From Felis catus (Eukaryota), in NCBI RefSeq assembly GCF_018350175.1, contig NC_058373.1, positions 102,426,001 through 102,490,000 of the forward strand: 64,000 bases of DNA. Direction: 5' to 3'. Positions 11,839 to 25,295 of this stretch are shown here, one piece after another (position 1 is the stretch's first letter; the number at the start of each line of letters is the position of its first letter). The position numbers and the translations under genes were made by a program. The notes under the pieces are model-generated. The model was not told where the DNA came from, made no database searches, and saw only the letters and a list, made by a program, of their open reading frames with translations.

Positions 11839-12301
11839 AAATTTATTTATTTATTTTGCAGTTTTATACCTTTATTTGACAGCATTTAGTTCTCACCCAC
11901 ATTAATTGCCTGTAGGTTTTGGAGAGTGGTGACAGGTGTAACCTATGTAACCAACGTATAGAGCTTGTTTGGTGAATTTTTATCCTTGTTACGTTTTCTG
12001 GTCAACCACGCACATATGTGGTATGGAACATTTCTTATGCCTTTTGCCCAGACAGCTTTGTTGAACCTGGTGTCCATGTGCACATCTCTTTCATGGCAAA
12101 TTTCCGGATGTCTTTGAGTACCCGAGGGGCACTCTTCTTGAAACCCACTCCATGGATGTGCTTGTGAATGTTGATGGTGTATTCTTTGATTACTACCTTG
12201 ATAGCCAAACAGCCCTTCTTTTTTGCCACCCTTCTTTGCAGTAGTCATTCTGCCAGGTCCTGGTTGCAAAAAAACAAACAAAAACAAAACAAAAAAACAA
12301 G
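11839..12301 (-). pseudogene. RPL31: Processed pseudogene of 60S ribosomal protein L31
   Basis: Split frames give MTTAKKGG / [34 protein letters not shown] / [18 protein letters not shown]...[10 protein letters not shown], matching RPL31 with no introns. ATG at 12246-12248, native TAA at 11886-11888, AATAAA at 11871-11876, perfect 15-bp TSD aatagtatagaaatt at 11824-11838 and 12302-12316. Frameshifts and a premature stop. Confidence 0.96.
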
Positions 12302-12948
12302 AATAGTATAGAAATTTATACACCCTTGCTCACATCAAGTGATTGTCATCTCTTGTTTGGGGGAAAGTGTAGGGATAGAGGAATCTCCTCAAGGAAACTC
12401 CCTTTAGTAGTTATTTTTCTCATAGCTAGCAGCTAATCTGAGTACTCTGACTAGAATAGGCTTAATAATTATAAAGTAGTGCTAAGTTACTTATTAGCTA
12501 TGGGAAACAAATTGTATGGTATTTCCTGGGTTTAAAGAAGAATTGATTAAAGGCTAAGAAATTGGTTTTCCTTCTTTGGGAAAGTCCTTTCTAAATCTAA
12601 TCTAACTAGTCTTTGGGCAAATACATCAAAGTGTAAGGGACTTGCCTGTGACTTGAACTACATCTATATCTCTTTCTGGTGAATAAAGAAGTAGCAAAGA
12701 AGCTAAGTGTCAGAGCTTATAAAGAGATTCTGGGGCAAGTTTCCTCCTAATGTTCCTTAATTTAAGCAAGATGGTTTCATGTTTCTTTTCTGGAATAAAC
12801 TCTGAAAACAAATATGTTGAGCATACTGGAGCAGAGTAGAGTAGGAGAAACAGTCAAGGACATTGTACATTCATTGACTGGGGTAGAAAGTACCCACAGT
12901 GGCCTATGTTATTCTGATACAATAGAACAACCTAGATAAATAGATAAA

Positions 12949-13177
12949 TTTTTTTTTTATATAATCAAGTTTACTCATTATTTTTGAGAGAGAGAGAGCG
13001 AGAGAGAGCGAGCGCACAAGCAGGGAAGGGACACAGAGAGAGAGGGAGACACAGAATCTGAAGCGGGCTTCCAGGCTCTGAGCTGTCAGCACAGAGCCCA
13101 ACGCGGGGCTCTAACTCACAAACCGCGAGTGAGATTATGACCTGAGCCGAAATCAGATGCTTAACAGACTGAGCCCC
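12949..13177 (-). mobile_element. SINEC_Fc-type SINE
   Basis: Consensus body; slightly 5'-truncated. Confidence 0.9.
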
Positions 13178-15230
13178 GATACAGTGTTTTAATACGCGTT
13201 AATTTCTAGGACTCTTTACAGAACTCGCGTTTTAAGCATAGGCTATTCTTTCTTTCAGTAAAATGTTAAATGCCACCTATGTCTTAACGCCATTACAAGA
13301 ACTGACTGAGTTGTTGAAAAATGATTACATAAGAGTGAGCACTAATTTTGGTTTGCTTTGAACAAAGTAGACAGGACCATTCTGTCTAATTATATTATCG
13401 AGTGGGTACTCTGCTAAGGGATCTGATCCTCACCACAACTCTGAAGTATCAGACTCAGAAGTAGTGACTCACCCAGTGTCCTAGAGCGAAGAAAAAATGG
13501 CTACTCTTAGAGTAGAATCTAGGCTTTACAGGAATTGAGGTGATATTTTGCTTAACCATTGGGGGGGGGGCTTTTGTGTAAATTACTATATTTAAATAGT
13601 CTGTGACATCATAATTTACTGTTTTTACTAAATATCACAAATTAGGATTTGATAACTGGTTACTCCCCTACCCTGGCCCTCCCATGGAGCTAAATTAGGA
13701 TTGGAGCTTCCAATTTCATAGGTGGTAGCCTGTGGGGAGCTGTTGGGAAGGGAAGAACTTGGATCCTGTTATCTATTTCCATAGTTATAAATTTTTTGGA
13801 ACTTTTGAAGCCACGAGAACTTTTTTTTTTTAATCCTCTTAATTTCCTTCTTCCTCATTTTGCTTCCATTTCCTGTCCCCAAATAAAAATAATCACATTT
13901 GTAAAAGAGGGCAAAGGGTGTTGAGAACCAGCAGGTCTAGGCAGATGTTAAGTGTAAAGGGCAGGAAGCCATGTTTACTAGGCCAGGTAACTGCCTGAGA
14001 AGAGATGTGCCCTTAGAGAAGAGTCTGGGTACAAGGGTGGTAAAGACAGAGACAATTTCAGTTTCCTTTGAAGACTGTCATTCATATGGGTCCTGTGGGG
14101 CTGATGTAAAGGAGTTATTTCATTGGACCTGTTGGAAGGCTCTTGTTCTGTGTCCAAGTGGGTGAGAAGTATTTTTTTTTTCTTTTAAATTATGTGAGGG
14201 GTCTGTTGAGCACATTGGAACAGAGTGGAGTATAATAGCCAAGGGCATTGTACATTCATTGCCTGGAGCAGAAGGCACCCACATTGGCCTGGGTTATTCT
14301 GATATGATAGAATACCACTCGTTGGATGTAACAGAGGGGAACAACAAAAGCAGGACAATGATCAGTTTCTTAAATTTCTGTAGTTTGTTAGGAGATCCGT
14401 GTATAATAGTAAATTTATTCACAAGTGAATTAACTAGCAGGTTTTTGCTTGGTTGCTATTGCAACTATCACAGTTCCTTTCGCTACTGGGAATCCAGGTG
14501 GACTCCTGAGAAAGGTTCTTGGTTTTGTCACCTGGCTTGGTGACCTGCCGAAAACCACGCGAGATGTGCTTTATGTACCCTCATGAACTTGTGACCTTGA
14601 ATGTACCAGGGTCTAATACTATGATGGTATTAAATAAACTTCCTTTTGCATTTAGATTTTGAGGTTGGAAAAGCACTCTATGCCTTCCTTTGGTAAAAGT
14701 CTCTGAAGTTGAACAGTCTTTGTTGGTGGAATGCCTTTTCTGCCACTGGAGAGGTTCAGGCTGTGTGACCTCTTAGAGAATGGGTTATAAAAAGGACTCA
14801 AAAGTCATACTGGAAATAGGTAACCTTTAGATTATATACACATTTTGTTCATTTTTAAAATGTAAAAGTTAAAGATTTTCCCAAATCTAGAAAAGTAAAA
14901 CTGGAAAAAAGATTTTAAATTTCTTTTTTCTTTACTCTTTACCCACATTATTAGGTTTTCATAGCTCTAATCAGTATCTGTGTTTCCCTCCTATTTGGAA
15001 ATATGCTTACTTCATACATAACAGGTATCGTTCTTTAAAAAAAGGGGGGGGGTTTCAAACTTTCTCTGCTTTCCACAGTCCAGATACCTTTATGACTGTA
15101 TCATAAATGTAAATAAAGCTTATCTTCAGTAATTGCATTTCTGGAAACAGCATTAAGTCCTTCTCCACTTACCAGGCAGTCAGGTTTTGGAAGGGATTTT
15201 TTTTGTTTTTGTTTTTTAAATGTGTTTATA

Positions 15231-15440
15231 GGGGCACCTGGGTGACTCATTTGGTTCAGCATCTGACTTTGGCTCAAGTCATGATCTCATGGGTTCGTGA
15301 GTTTGAGCCCCACGTTGGGCTCTGTGCTGACAGCTCAGAGCCTGGAGCCTGCTTCGAATTCTGTGTCTCCCTCTCTCGCTGCCATTCCCCCGTCATGCTG
15401 TCTCTCTCTCTCTCTCAAAAATAAATATTAAAAAAAAAAA
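15231..15440 (+). mobile_element. SINEC_Fc-type SINE
   Basis: Consensus head, CT tract and poly-A. Confidence 0.92.
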
Positions 15441-16275
15441 TAAATGTTTATATACTCTAGTGGTATTTGGATACACATTTTATTTTTTAAATATGTAACT
15501 TATTTCATTTGTAAGACAAATTAATTCAGCTAAAGCAGACAACCAACCAAATAAAACCAACCGTTGTCCTTTATTTTAGTTGCAATTTTTGGCAGCTTTT
15601 ATTCCTTGGTTTTCTGACATATTCCAGGCTATTTTCTAGTTGTCCTGTTGTGCTCAGGTTTTAAGAAACTGGCCATCAGGGGGTGAAAACGGCAGAATTC
15701 TGTATCCTTAAATGAACGTACTAACTCAGCATTTGCCCATTTCTGCATGTCTTGTCAAGAAAAAGTAGATTTGCTAACATTGGACAGGAGACACAAACAA
15801 AGCATTATACTTTGGCAGATAGCAGCTATTTTAAATCTTCATCATTCTCTTTTGAAAATACTCAAAATACAAAATAACACTAAAGAGGAGAGATGCAAGT
15901 TTTTTTGATATCACTACAGAGTTGGATGTCTCATTTGCAAACTGTGTCATATAATGGGCTTCTCTTTATTAGCTTGTTTGAATATATTCGTGTCTCTTTT
16001 TTTCCATTTATGGCTCACCAGTGTCTCTGTGAATGGCTGTATGAACAACAGACCTCACTCACTGGTCTGTGTTGTCTTATCCATTGGCCAAATTTCAACC
16101 ATGATTCCAGTGATGTACCTATTTAACAATTTTACTATTCCCTTTAGGAATCACTATAAAGATCTATACCCAAAGGATATTTGGCAACAGTAGGAATATG
16201 ACTTTGATCCTAAGTTTTATAAATTTACATTAGAGAGACTTATAAACAATTTTTTGTTTTCATTGGATAAATATT

Positions 16276-16460
16276 TAAAAAAAATTTTTTTAAAGTTTAT
16301 TTATTTTGGGAGGGAGGAGGGGCAGAGAAAGAGAATTCCAAGCAGGTTCCACACTGTCAGTGCAGAGCCCGACATGGGGTGTAAACTCCCAACCCGCAAG
16401 ATCATGACTTGAGCTGAAATCAAGAGTTGGACTTAACCAACTGAGCCACCCAGGGGCCCC
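16276..16460 (-). mobile_element. SINEC
   Basis: Consensus. Confidence 0.88.
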
Positions 16461-16465
16461 TGATG

Positions 16466-16665
16466 TTTTAATTTTACTTTAGAGACAGGGAGAGTGAGAG
16501 AGTGCGCACGAACTGGAGAGGGGCAGAGGAGGAAAGAGAGAATCCTAAGAAGGCTCCTTGCTCATGGAGGAACCTGATGCTGGGCTCAGTTTAAGGACTG
16601 TGAAATCATGACCTGAGCTGAAATTAGGAGCTGGTTGCTCAACCCACTCAACCACCCAGATGCCC
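16466..16665 (-). mobile_element. SINEC (older)
   Basis: Diverged consensus, tandem to the previous SINE. Confidence 0.82.
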
Positions 16666-16772
16666 TTGTTTTCATTTGTTTCTTGTTATTAGCAACTTAA
16701 AGTGTTGATTCATTCAGAAAAGACCTCAGATGAGCTGAAATTTGAGGTGTTTATAAAGATAGTTACCTGTTT

Positions 16773-16992
16773 GGGGTGGCTAGGTGGCTCAGTTAGGTAA
16801 GTGTCCAACTCTTGATTTTGGCTCAGGTCATGATCTCACATTTTGTGCGTTTGAGCCCCATGCCGGCCTCTGCGCTGACAGTGTGGAGCCGGCTTGGGAT
16901 TTTCTCCCTGTCTCCGTCTCTCTCTCTCTGCTCCTCCCCAGATCATATATGTTCTCTCTCTCTCTCAAAATAAACATTAAAAAACAATAAAA
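16773..16992 (+). mobile_element. SINEC
   Basis: Consensus; TSD agttacctgttt. Confidence 0.9.
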
Positions 16993-17200
16993 GCAAAGTT
17001 ACCTGTTTTGAGTGCTCACAGCATTTTTTGCTAAGCATTTTACATGCATATGTGTTAAGGACGCAAGATTTTTGTTGTCATATTATTAGACCTACAAGCG
17101 AGGTATTCTTTAAAAAAAAAAAAAAAACAACAAAACTTCCAGGGAGGTTCTAATCAACTATAGTTGAGAACAGTTGCTTTAGGAAGATTAACAGATACCT

Positions 17201-17331
17201 GGGACACCTGGCTGGCTCGGTTGGAAGAGGGTGCAACTCTTGATCTTGGGTTTGTGACTTCAAGCCCCACATTGGGAATAGAGATTTCTAAAATAAACTT
17301 CAAAAAAAAGGGGGGGGGGTGGGGAGGATCC
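17201..17331 (+). mobile_element. Short (old-type) SINEC
   Basis: tRNA-like head lacking the CT body; TSD acagatac(c/t)tgg. Confidence 0.8.
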
Positions 17332-17930
17332 ACAGATACTTGGCTTGGGTCTCTGGGTGGCTGGTTAAGTTTCTTGGAGAGAAACTATGGAAAGGGGCTT
17401 TGTGTTAAGTGTCCAGTTGGGTTGGCAGTTGGAAATAGGATCTGAAGCCCAGAGGCAGTTGGGTTCTAGAGACGAAGTATGGGAGAAATATTGGCAGCTG
17501 GATGGTATTCAGGGTTATAGGGTTAGGTAAACTTGCTCTGGGAGAGCTTGCATGATGAAGAAAAGATGCAGAATCCTAGGGAACCTTGAAATGTTTTGAG
17601 TGGACAGAAGGAGAGGAGTAAGAGAACAGATACATAGGTGTTCAACGAAGAAACAGGAACAGCAGAGGAGTGTGTGGTATTTCAGAAGCCAAGAGAGAAG
17701 ATAGGATCAGGTTACAGAGAACAGAGGTGCCTGGCATATGGTGAGTGCTCAATAAATACTTGTTGCAAGTAGAATTTAAGTTTCCAGTGGGTTATCAGTT
17801 AGGAGATTGCTTGGTAAAAATTTAATTGGTAGTAGTATTTTTCCTACCTTACTCTTAGGCTTGTCTTGTTCCCCTTTGTAAGTTCCTTATTCTCTGCTTT
17901 AACAGAGTTTTATAGGGCTTTGCTATAGGC

Positions 17931-18120
17931 CATTGGTTCTCCCAAGTGTGGTTCCCCAGACCAGAAGCATCAACATCACCTGGGAACTTGTTAGAAGTGA
18001 AAATCCTCAGGCCCTACCCAGGTCTACTGATTCAGAAGCTCTGGGGATGGGACCCAGTTGTCTATGTTTTAACAAACCTTCCATGTGATTGTGATGCTTG
18101 CTCAAATTTGAAAACCAATG
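17931..18120. mobile_element. MER5A-like hAT-Charlie DNA transposon
   Basis: Terminal inverted repeats cattggtt(c)tc...gaaaaccaatg; core agcatcaacatcacctgggaacttgttagaa. Confidence 0.85.
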
Positions 18121-18837
18121 TCTTAAGACTTTTTCTCTGTGCTTTCTACTTAGGCGTTTAGGTTTTTTTTGTTTTTTTTTGGTTTTTTTTTTTTTTTTTT
18201 TTTTTTTTTATCATGGCTTCAGTTACCATGCTATGTGCCAAAACTTCCAAATTTACCTCTTCGATCCGTTCGTCTGAGGACCGGGTCCACAGATCTAATT
18301 GTGTGTTATTCATTTTGATTTGGATGTCTCTCAGTTCCTCCAGCTCAATTTGTCCAAAATTGAACTCAGAATTTTTCTCCCAGCCATCTTTTCTAGGACT
18401 CTATAGTAGACACTGTTATCCATGTGAATGTTCATGCTAGAAACTTAAGCTTGATTCACTTTCTTACACAAACACTAACAAGTTCTAAGTATATTCCACT
18501 CTGTTGGTTTAGGAGACACACACACACACACACACGTACCAAACAAACAAAATGGCGATAATGAGTAAGTGTCCCCCCAAGTTAATTGAGAGACAGTCTT
18601 TTAGGAAGTGTCAATTCTCAGAACTGCTAGTGAGTAATCAGCCTGCCTTGCTGAGTATGATTCCAGAGTTTAAAGGTTAATAAGTATTATAAAACATGGT
18701 TTCTAAACTCAAGTACTTCATCTTGTGTTCAACCAAAAGAACTTGTGTATAAATGTATAACATAATCTGGTTACTGTTACCGGGGAGAATATACAAAGCT
18801 ATGTCTGTTGTAGTCCATAGACAGTTCCAGGGAAAGG

Positions 18838-19083
18838 TGGATTGTGAAGTGTAGGACTCTGGGGCCAGGATGTTTTGGTTGAAGTCATGATAGCACCACT
18901 TGCTGTGACCTTGGGCAAGTTAACTTTCCTTCACTATGCCTCAGTTTCCTTAACTGTAAAATTGGAGATAATAACCATCCATACCTCAGAGCTATTAGGA
19001 TTCATTATACAGTATTTAAGACTTTGCAGTAAGCGGTGCCTGGCACATAGGTAAAGGTTCAATAATGTAAGCTATATTATTAC
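18838..19083 (+). mobile_element. MIR
   Basis: gctgtgaccttgggcaagtta...gcctcagtttcct...ctgtaaaattggagataata...gtgcctggcacatag. Confidence 0.88.
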
Positions 19084-19304
19084 TATCTCTTCCACCTTGT
19101 CACTCTAGTCCATCCATTCTTGAATTCTCTTGGCTACTAGTAGCTATTCAAATCAGACATACCATGCACTTGGATGCTTTAAAAATGCTTATGCATCCAG
19201 GTCTTCATTTAACCCTCCTCTGATTCCCCAGTTTAGGTTAAGGTTCCTTTTATATGTTTCCTTAATACCCTGTACTTTTTCACAGTACTTTGTAAACATT
19301 ATTA

Positions 19305-20445
19305 TTATGTTTTTAGTAACAGCTTTATTGAAATAGAATTCATATACCACACGGTTAACTCATTTAAAGTGTGCAGTTCAATGCTATCCACAGAGTTATG
19401 TAACCATCACCAAAATCAATTTTAGAGCATTTGATTCAAGTTGTAAGAGTACCACTTGCTATCATGAAGATAGCAGAAAGGATCCCTATACCCAGTAGGG
19501 GTCGTTTCACATACCCTCTACTCCTCCCAGAAAATCTGCTTTCTGTCTGTCAAGAGTTGCTTTTCTGGACGTTTCATATAAATAGAACCATGTGTGTGAT
19601 CTTTTGTGTTTGTTTTCTTTCATTTTGCATAATGTTTTCAAGGTTCATCCATGTTCTAGTACATACCAGTAAGTCATTTCTTTTTATGGTTGAATAGTAT
19701 TCCGTTGTATGGATATACACAGTTTATTTGTTCATCAATTGATGGACATTTAGGTTGTTTCCACTTTCTGGCTGTTAGGAATAATGGTATTGTGAACATC
19801 CATGTACAGGTTTTTATGTGGACGTATGTTTTCATTTCTTGAATTTATACATCTTTAAGAGTGAAATTGCTGGGTCGTATGGTAACTCTATGTTTAACCT
19901 TTTGAAAAACTGCCAAATTGTTTTCCAGTGCTGCTGTATACTTTTTACATTTCTAATACCAGTATATGAAGATTCCAATTTATCCATGTCCTTGCTAACA
20001 TTTATTTTCACTTTTCAATTCTTGCCATTCTGGGGGGTGTGAAGTAATCTCATTGTGGTTTTGATTTGCATTTTCCTGATAGCTAATGATGTTGGGCATT
20101 TATTCATGTGTTTATTAGTAGTATATCTTTGGAGAAATTATTTATTTCCTTTCCCCAGTATTTAATTGGGTTGTCTTTGTATTACTGGGTTACAAGAATT
20201 CATTATATCTTCTAGATACAGATTCCTTATCAGATACATAATTTGCAAGTATTTTCTCCCATTGTGGGAGGTTGTGTTTTTCACTTTCTTGATAGTTAAA
20301 ATTTAACATTTTAAATTTGGTGGAGTCTGTTTTTTCTTCTGTTGCTTGTACTTTTGGTGTCATATGTAAGAAACCATTGCCTAATTCAAGAAGATTCATT
20401 GCCCAGTTTCTTCCAGGAGTTTTACATAGTTAGTTTTAGTTCTTA
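19305..20445 (-). mobile_element. L1MB-like 3' portion
   Basis: aacagctttattgaaatagaattcatatacca terminus; aggttcatccatgtt, gatggacatttaggttgtttcca and cattgtggttttgatttgcatt. Confidence 0.88.
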
Positions 20446-22580
20446 CTCGTTACGTAACTATTTTTCTGTCTTCTCTGTTAGAATGTCAGCACCATAGGAG
20501 GACTAGGATGGTATTTGTCTTATTTATTTGTCCTTTGGGCCTCATTTAAGGCTTGGGAAATACTAAGTGTTCAGTGATGATTGTTCATGATTTTGGAAAG
20601 ACCAACTTTGAGGAGCTATTATCAAAATGCATTAAAACACCTAACTTGAAACGGTCTAGTTTTTTGTTTTTTCTTTTAAAGCTAGGAACTGAAATATTTT
20701 GTTAATGTTGCCAGCAGCTGAATTAATACTGAAGATTAGGTTTTAGGTAAATAAGTGTGTTAATTATAATTGCTTTACTTAGTTCTCAGAACTTGCTTGT
20801 TGGTAACATTACAAAACTGGACTTCATAGCTGAGTATTTTATGCATTTGCTTTTAGACTTTTAGAATTTTTACTGTTCTCCATCTTTGATTCTTAAAAGA
20901 ATAAAGCAGTGAACGAGTCCCGTATTTCTAAACCTCTGTATGTCCTTGTGATAAACAAATTTTATGCCACTTTCCAGGAATCTGATACCACCCTCAGTAG
21001 GTGTTGGAAGATATAGAACCTCTTTTCTGGTTATTTCCACAGTAAGGAGGAGGATTTTGTGAGGTTTTCCTAACAAATGATGTTCTCCTTCCTGTAATAC
21101 TAGATTTGGAGTTAAGGTGGCATCTGAAATGAGGGTTTTGACGTATATGAAATTCAACTACTGTGACTTCCCTGAATAACATAGACTTTGTCACTGTAAA
21201 ATTGCATGCTTAATCTTTTGAGGAGAATTGGCATTTTGAGAATGACTGATTTTGTACCTGACTAGGGGTCAGTTTTTTGTTTTTGTTTTTTAATGGATTG
21301 ATGCTATAAAGTAATTTTAATGTGAGAAGTACCACATACTAGTACAATAATCAAATTTAGGTATCTTGATAGATTTCAGACAGAACCTGGAGGAAAATTT
21401 TTAGGATGAAGCTAAATCATGGAGGGAAATATCACCTCATTTAATATTTGGGTTTAAGAAGGCCTCAGTAACGGGTATTTATAAAGAATGTGTAGGTATT
21501 TGCATATATTAAACAAATTAGAATTTTACATCAGAAAAATAAGCAATGTGATTCTCAAGGGAAAGGATAGTATTTGGATTTATTGCTTAGTTACAGTGAC
21601 TTGTCTGCTGCTAAAGTGATGATATTGTTTAATATGAGAGAGGTATATGTCTCAATTCTGATGAAATTACCTTTAGGTGTGTGTTTATGTTTGTGAATTT
21701 AATTTTTACGATGGTAACCTCATTCTATCATGAAAAACTTAAAAAAATCTGCTAGCCTTGAGTGCTGTATTTTTTATGTTGGGAATAGCAGATTATCTCT
21801 AATGCTTGAAGCACCAGCCCCTGTCTTATAAACAGCATCACTGTCTTTCTTGTCCATGAAAATATCTTTCAGAATATGTAAGTTTGGGTACTAATTAGAC
21901 ATAATCTTAAGTCATTTGTGGTGGGGGGAAACTTTCAATGAATTCTTCCATATTTCAGGCTTCCCGTACTCACCTACCACTTTATTTTATTGTGAACTTG
22001 AATAATTTTCTTTTTGAATGATTTTTTTCTTTGATCCATAGCAGTTAATTGCAAAACAAAAGCAACAAACAAAATATGCCAAACTGCAGCTTCCACAAAT
22101 GTCAAGAGAATAGCAGAGTTCCTGTACTTCAAAGTTGTGAGGGTGGGTGAGGTGTGGGGGTTTGATTGAAATGAAGGGTTGATTAGTCTTCTATGTTCTA
22201 TTCAGTTTTCTTTTGACCTTTAAGTAGGTCACAAATACAGAAAACAGAATTTTCTTATTTATATTTTATTTTGTTTTAAAAATAATTTACTACTTGTATA
22301 ATTTAGAATAGGTTTGCAGCACTGTACATGTTTTTATTATTTATTACTTATTTCCCCCTCCCCCCCGCCCCCCACCACCCAGAGAGGGGCAGGGAGTGTT
22401 ACACAGTTCGGTTTTTAGAGATGAAGAGGAAAATAGAAGCTAGTTCAAAAATTTGACTTGGGCAGTTTTTTGGGAATGCCATTTTGAAACATGAGATATA
22501 CCTCTGTTTTGTTTTTTTGTAGTGCTTTCTTACCTCATTCTTACCCTAAATTGCCGGAGAAGTTTAAATGTATGGCCTCA

Positions 22581-22716
22581 GAAATTAAAGAGTGCACTTG
22601 TTGTGATGAGCACAGGGTGATGTATGGAACTATTGAATTACTATATTGTGTGCCGAAACTAATGTAACACTATTGTGTTAACTAACTGTAATTAAAATAC
22701 AAACTTAAGAAAATGG
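22581..22716 (+). mobile_element. Carnivore L1 3' end
   Basis: tgatgagcacagggtgatgtatggaa...gaaactaatgtaacact...A tail; TSD tatggcctca. Confidence 0.8.
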
Positions 22717-24574
22717 AAAAATATGGCCTCACTCTTAAATAATGATAAAATGATTTTGTCTAAAATCACTGTAAATTGCAAATAATTTAGAGGCCGACCC
22801 ATTTTTATTGTAATCATCTTTCTAGGTTTGGAGCTGTGTGAGACTGGTTTGTTTTTCAAAATATATTTATGAGGTTTATTACAAAATATGGGTTTTACCT
22901 ACTTGGTTTTTGTTCTTTGTGGCAAAAATGATGTTGAATGGTTCTTGGCACACTAAGGCTGTATCTGAGGAAGTGCCCAAGAAGAGCTTAAATCCTTGGG
23001 ATTCTTTTAAAAATAGCTCATCTGAGAAGACACTCCCCTTTCAGTTTAGTGTGAGCAATAGACTTCTCTCACACTAGCTATTAATTGATATAAAATATAA
23101 ATTCTAATTAATGCATTAGAATTGCATCTGGAAAGAAGGTTTCAAAAATATGAGTTTTAAAAACAACCTATGAAAAATGTTTCATAAAAATTTTCACTGA
23201 ATAGGATTTCTCCCAGGCCTGAATTTTAGACCCCATTTTTCCTCTACTACACTTCATACACTACTGTGTACTGTGTGTATGTATAAGGCTGTGTTGGTGT
23301 GGTTATAAAGTCATAGCCTTATTAAGTGTCTTTTTTATACTTCTTCCGATTTTGCTTTGAAGTCTGTTAATAAAGCATGAAGTAATGTAATTAATGTAGA
23401 TTGAATAAAATATCGACAAGCCACAATGACAGATAAAGTGCCACATTTTAAATCTGTGTAAGAACAGTGGAGTACTCCTACAAACCAAGTTTTATGTTGC
23501 TACTTGTTGCCTGCAGTGAATTTCTACTTCTATGAAATACTTGTGAAACACATGGTTTTCTGTAGAGTTGCAGTGTTATATGTAAAGGTTTCCACTTAGT
23601 TGTTTCTACACACATCCTTTTGAAAGTTATAACGTTGCATCTAGTATCCAGTACATATTTTAAGTTTATGGATTATGCAAGGAAATAATAAACATCTTTG
23701 TGTTTAAAAACAGGCCATATTTAGGTCTTACTAAATGGAACCTTCCTCCCCGAGTGCTTTTCAGATAATAAAAAATTTTTATTGTGTAAAGAAGGAAGAG
23801 AATTTAGCATCTGCATTAGGATCATTTTTTCCTATATCCTATTAGCTAATTCCAAGATTGTTTAATATGGTATCCACCCATTTCATTTGGCCACAACTTT
23901 TGCTCTCATGAAAGTAAGACTGATTGTTCCGAATTGCTGTGTGTATGTGCTTTGGCACAGCATGAAGGTACCCTTAATAACATTGCCATTGTCTTTAAAA
24001 CAGCTTGCAGTTATGACTACAAATAAAAGGGTGCGACAGGAGGGCATGGCAGATAATGGCTCATTTTTCCGCCCCTAGTGTTTAACAGATCTGCTTTGTT
24101 CTATGAGCCTTTTGTGTTCCCTTTGACTACCTACTGTATTTTCTGTTCCTAGTCAACTAAAATGTTTGCAAATTTGTCACTATAACTTTGACATGTCTAC
24201 AGTCAACCACCTGATTTCTTTTTGTGGAGAAAAAGAAAACAATTTTTGTGGAAAGAAGTTTAGTGGCCTTACCTCTATTGGCATTTATTTTTTCACTTGC
24301 ATGTTTTAAGTGCTTACATGTTTAAATTGTGTGACTCTTGTCCTGCAAACGTTTGTTTACTATTGTCTGTGTAAAAATTTGGGAATGGTCTTTAGTTTTA
24401 ATCTTCTTCCTTTTTTCAGTGCACAGTAATACAATCTTTATTGTGTAATTTATTTTTAAACAAGGATTTTCTATGGAAAGAATTGCTGGCTATTTGAGTG
24501 GCTCTGTTTTAGATTGCTGAGAGATTCTATTCTGACCATTAAAGGAGGATATTATTTCTGCGGTCCTTATTCCT

Positions 24575-24589
24575 ATTTTATTTTATTTT

Positions 24590-24633
<44 letters not shown>

Positions 24634-24820
24634 AGCAAGCGTGAGTGCGAGTGCTCACGGGGCATGGGCAGAGGGAGGGAGAGAGACACTCTTAAGCATG
24701 CTGCACGCCCAGCGCGGAGGCTGACGCAGACTAGGGGCTCCATCTCACGACTGTAAGATCTTGACCTGAGCTGAAATCGGGGATCAGGATGCTAACCAAC
24801 TGAGCCACCCAGGTGCCCCC
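24575..24820 (-). mobile_element. SINEC with (GA)n
   Basis: Consensus. Confidence 0.88.
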
Positions 24821-25295
24821 ATCTTATTTTAAATAACTGTATCAAGTGATGAAGGAGGAGAAAACAAATGTTCTCACTGCTTTACAAGGTTATCTTCTAT
24901 TCCTCATTGACCCCTTTAAGAGAAGGACTGACACTTAATGACCTTCTTGGCAATCACATACGATTGTTAGCATTTATTCCTAGCTTACTGATTCAGAAAT
25001 GGAGGACCAGAGAAAACAAGTATTTTACCTAGAATTACAGACATATATCTTATAGTAGTGTGACTCTAAAGCCAATACTTTCTGTACTAAGCATATCATT
25101 TTCTACTTGAAGTGGCTTATTTTTAGGGTCAGTTTATCCTTTGGGAGATACAGTTAGCAGCATAAAATAAATAGTTAATGTGTTAAATAAGTCAGAATTC
25201 AACGATGCTTAAGGTATACCAAGGAGCAAGGACAATTTGTCTTTGATATTTTATGGAGTTCATTGATAATTAGCCTTACCTTTAAAAGTACTGCT

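Noticed and set aside
21871..21883. AG-AATAT-GTAAGT, a possible 5-nt microexon
   Set aside because: Not frame-preserving, with a short pyrimidine tract; expected by chance in 64 kb
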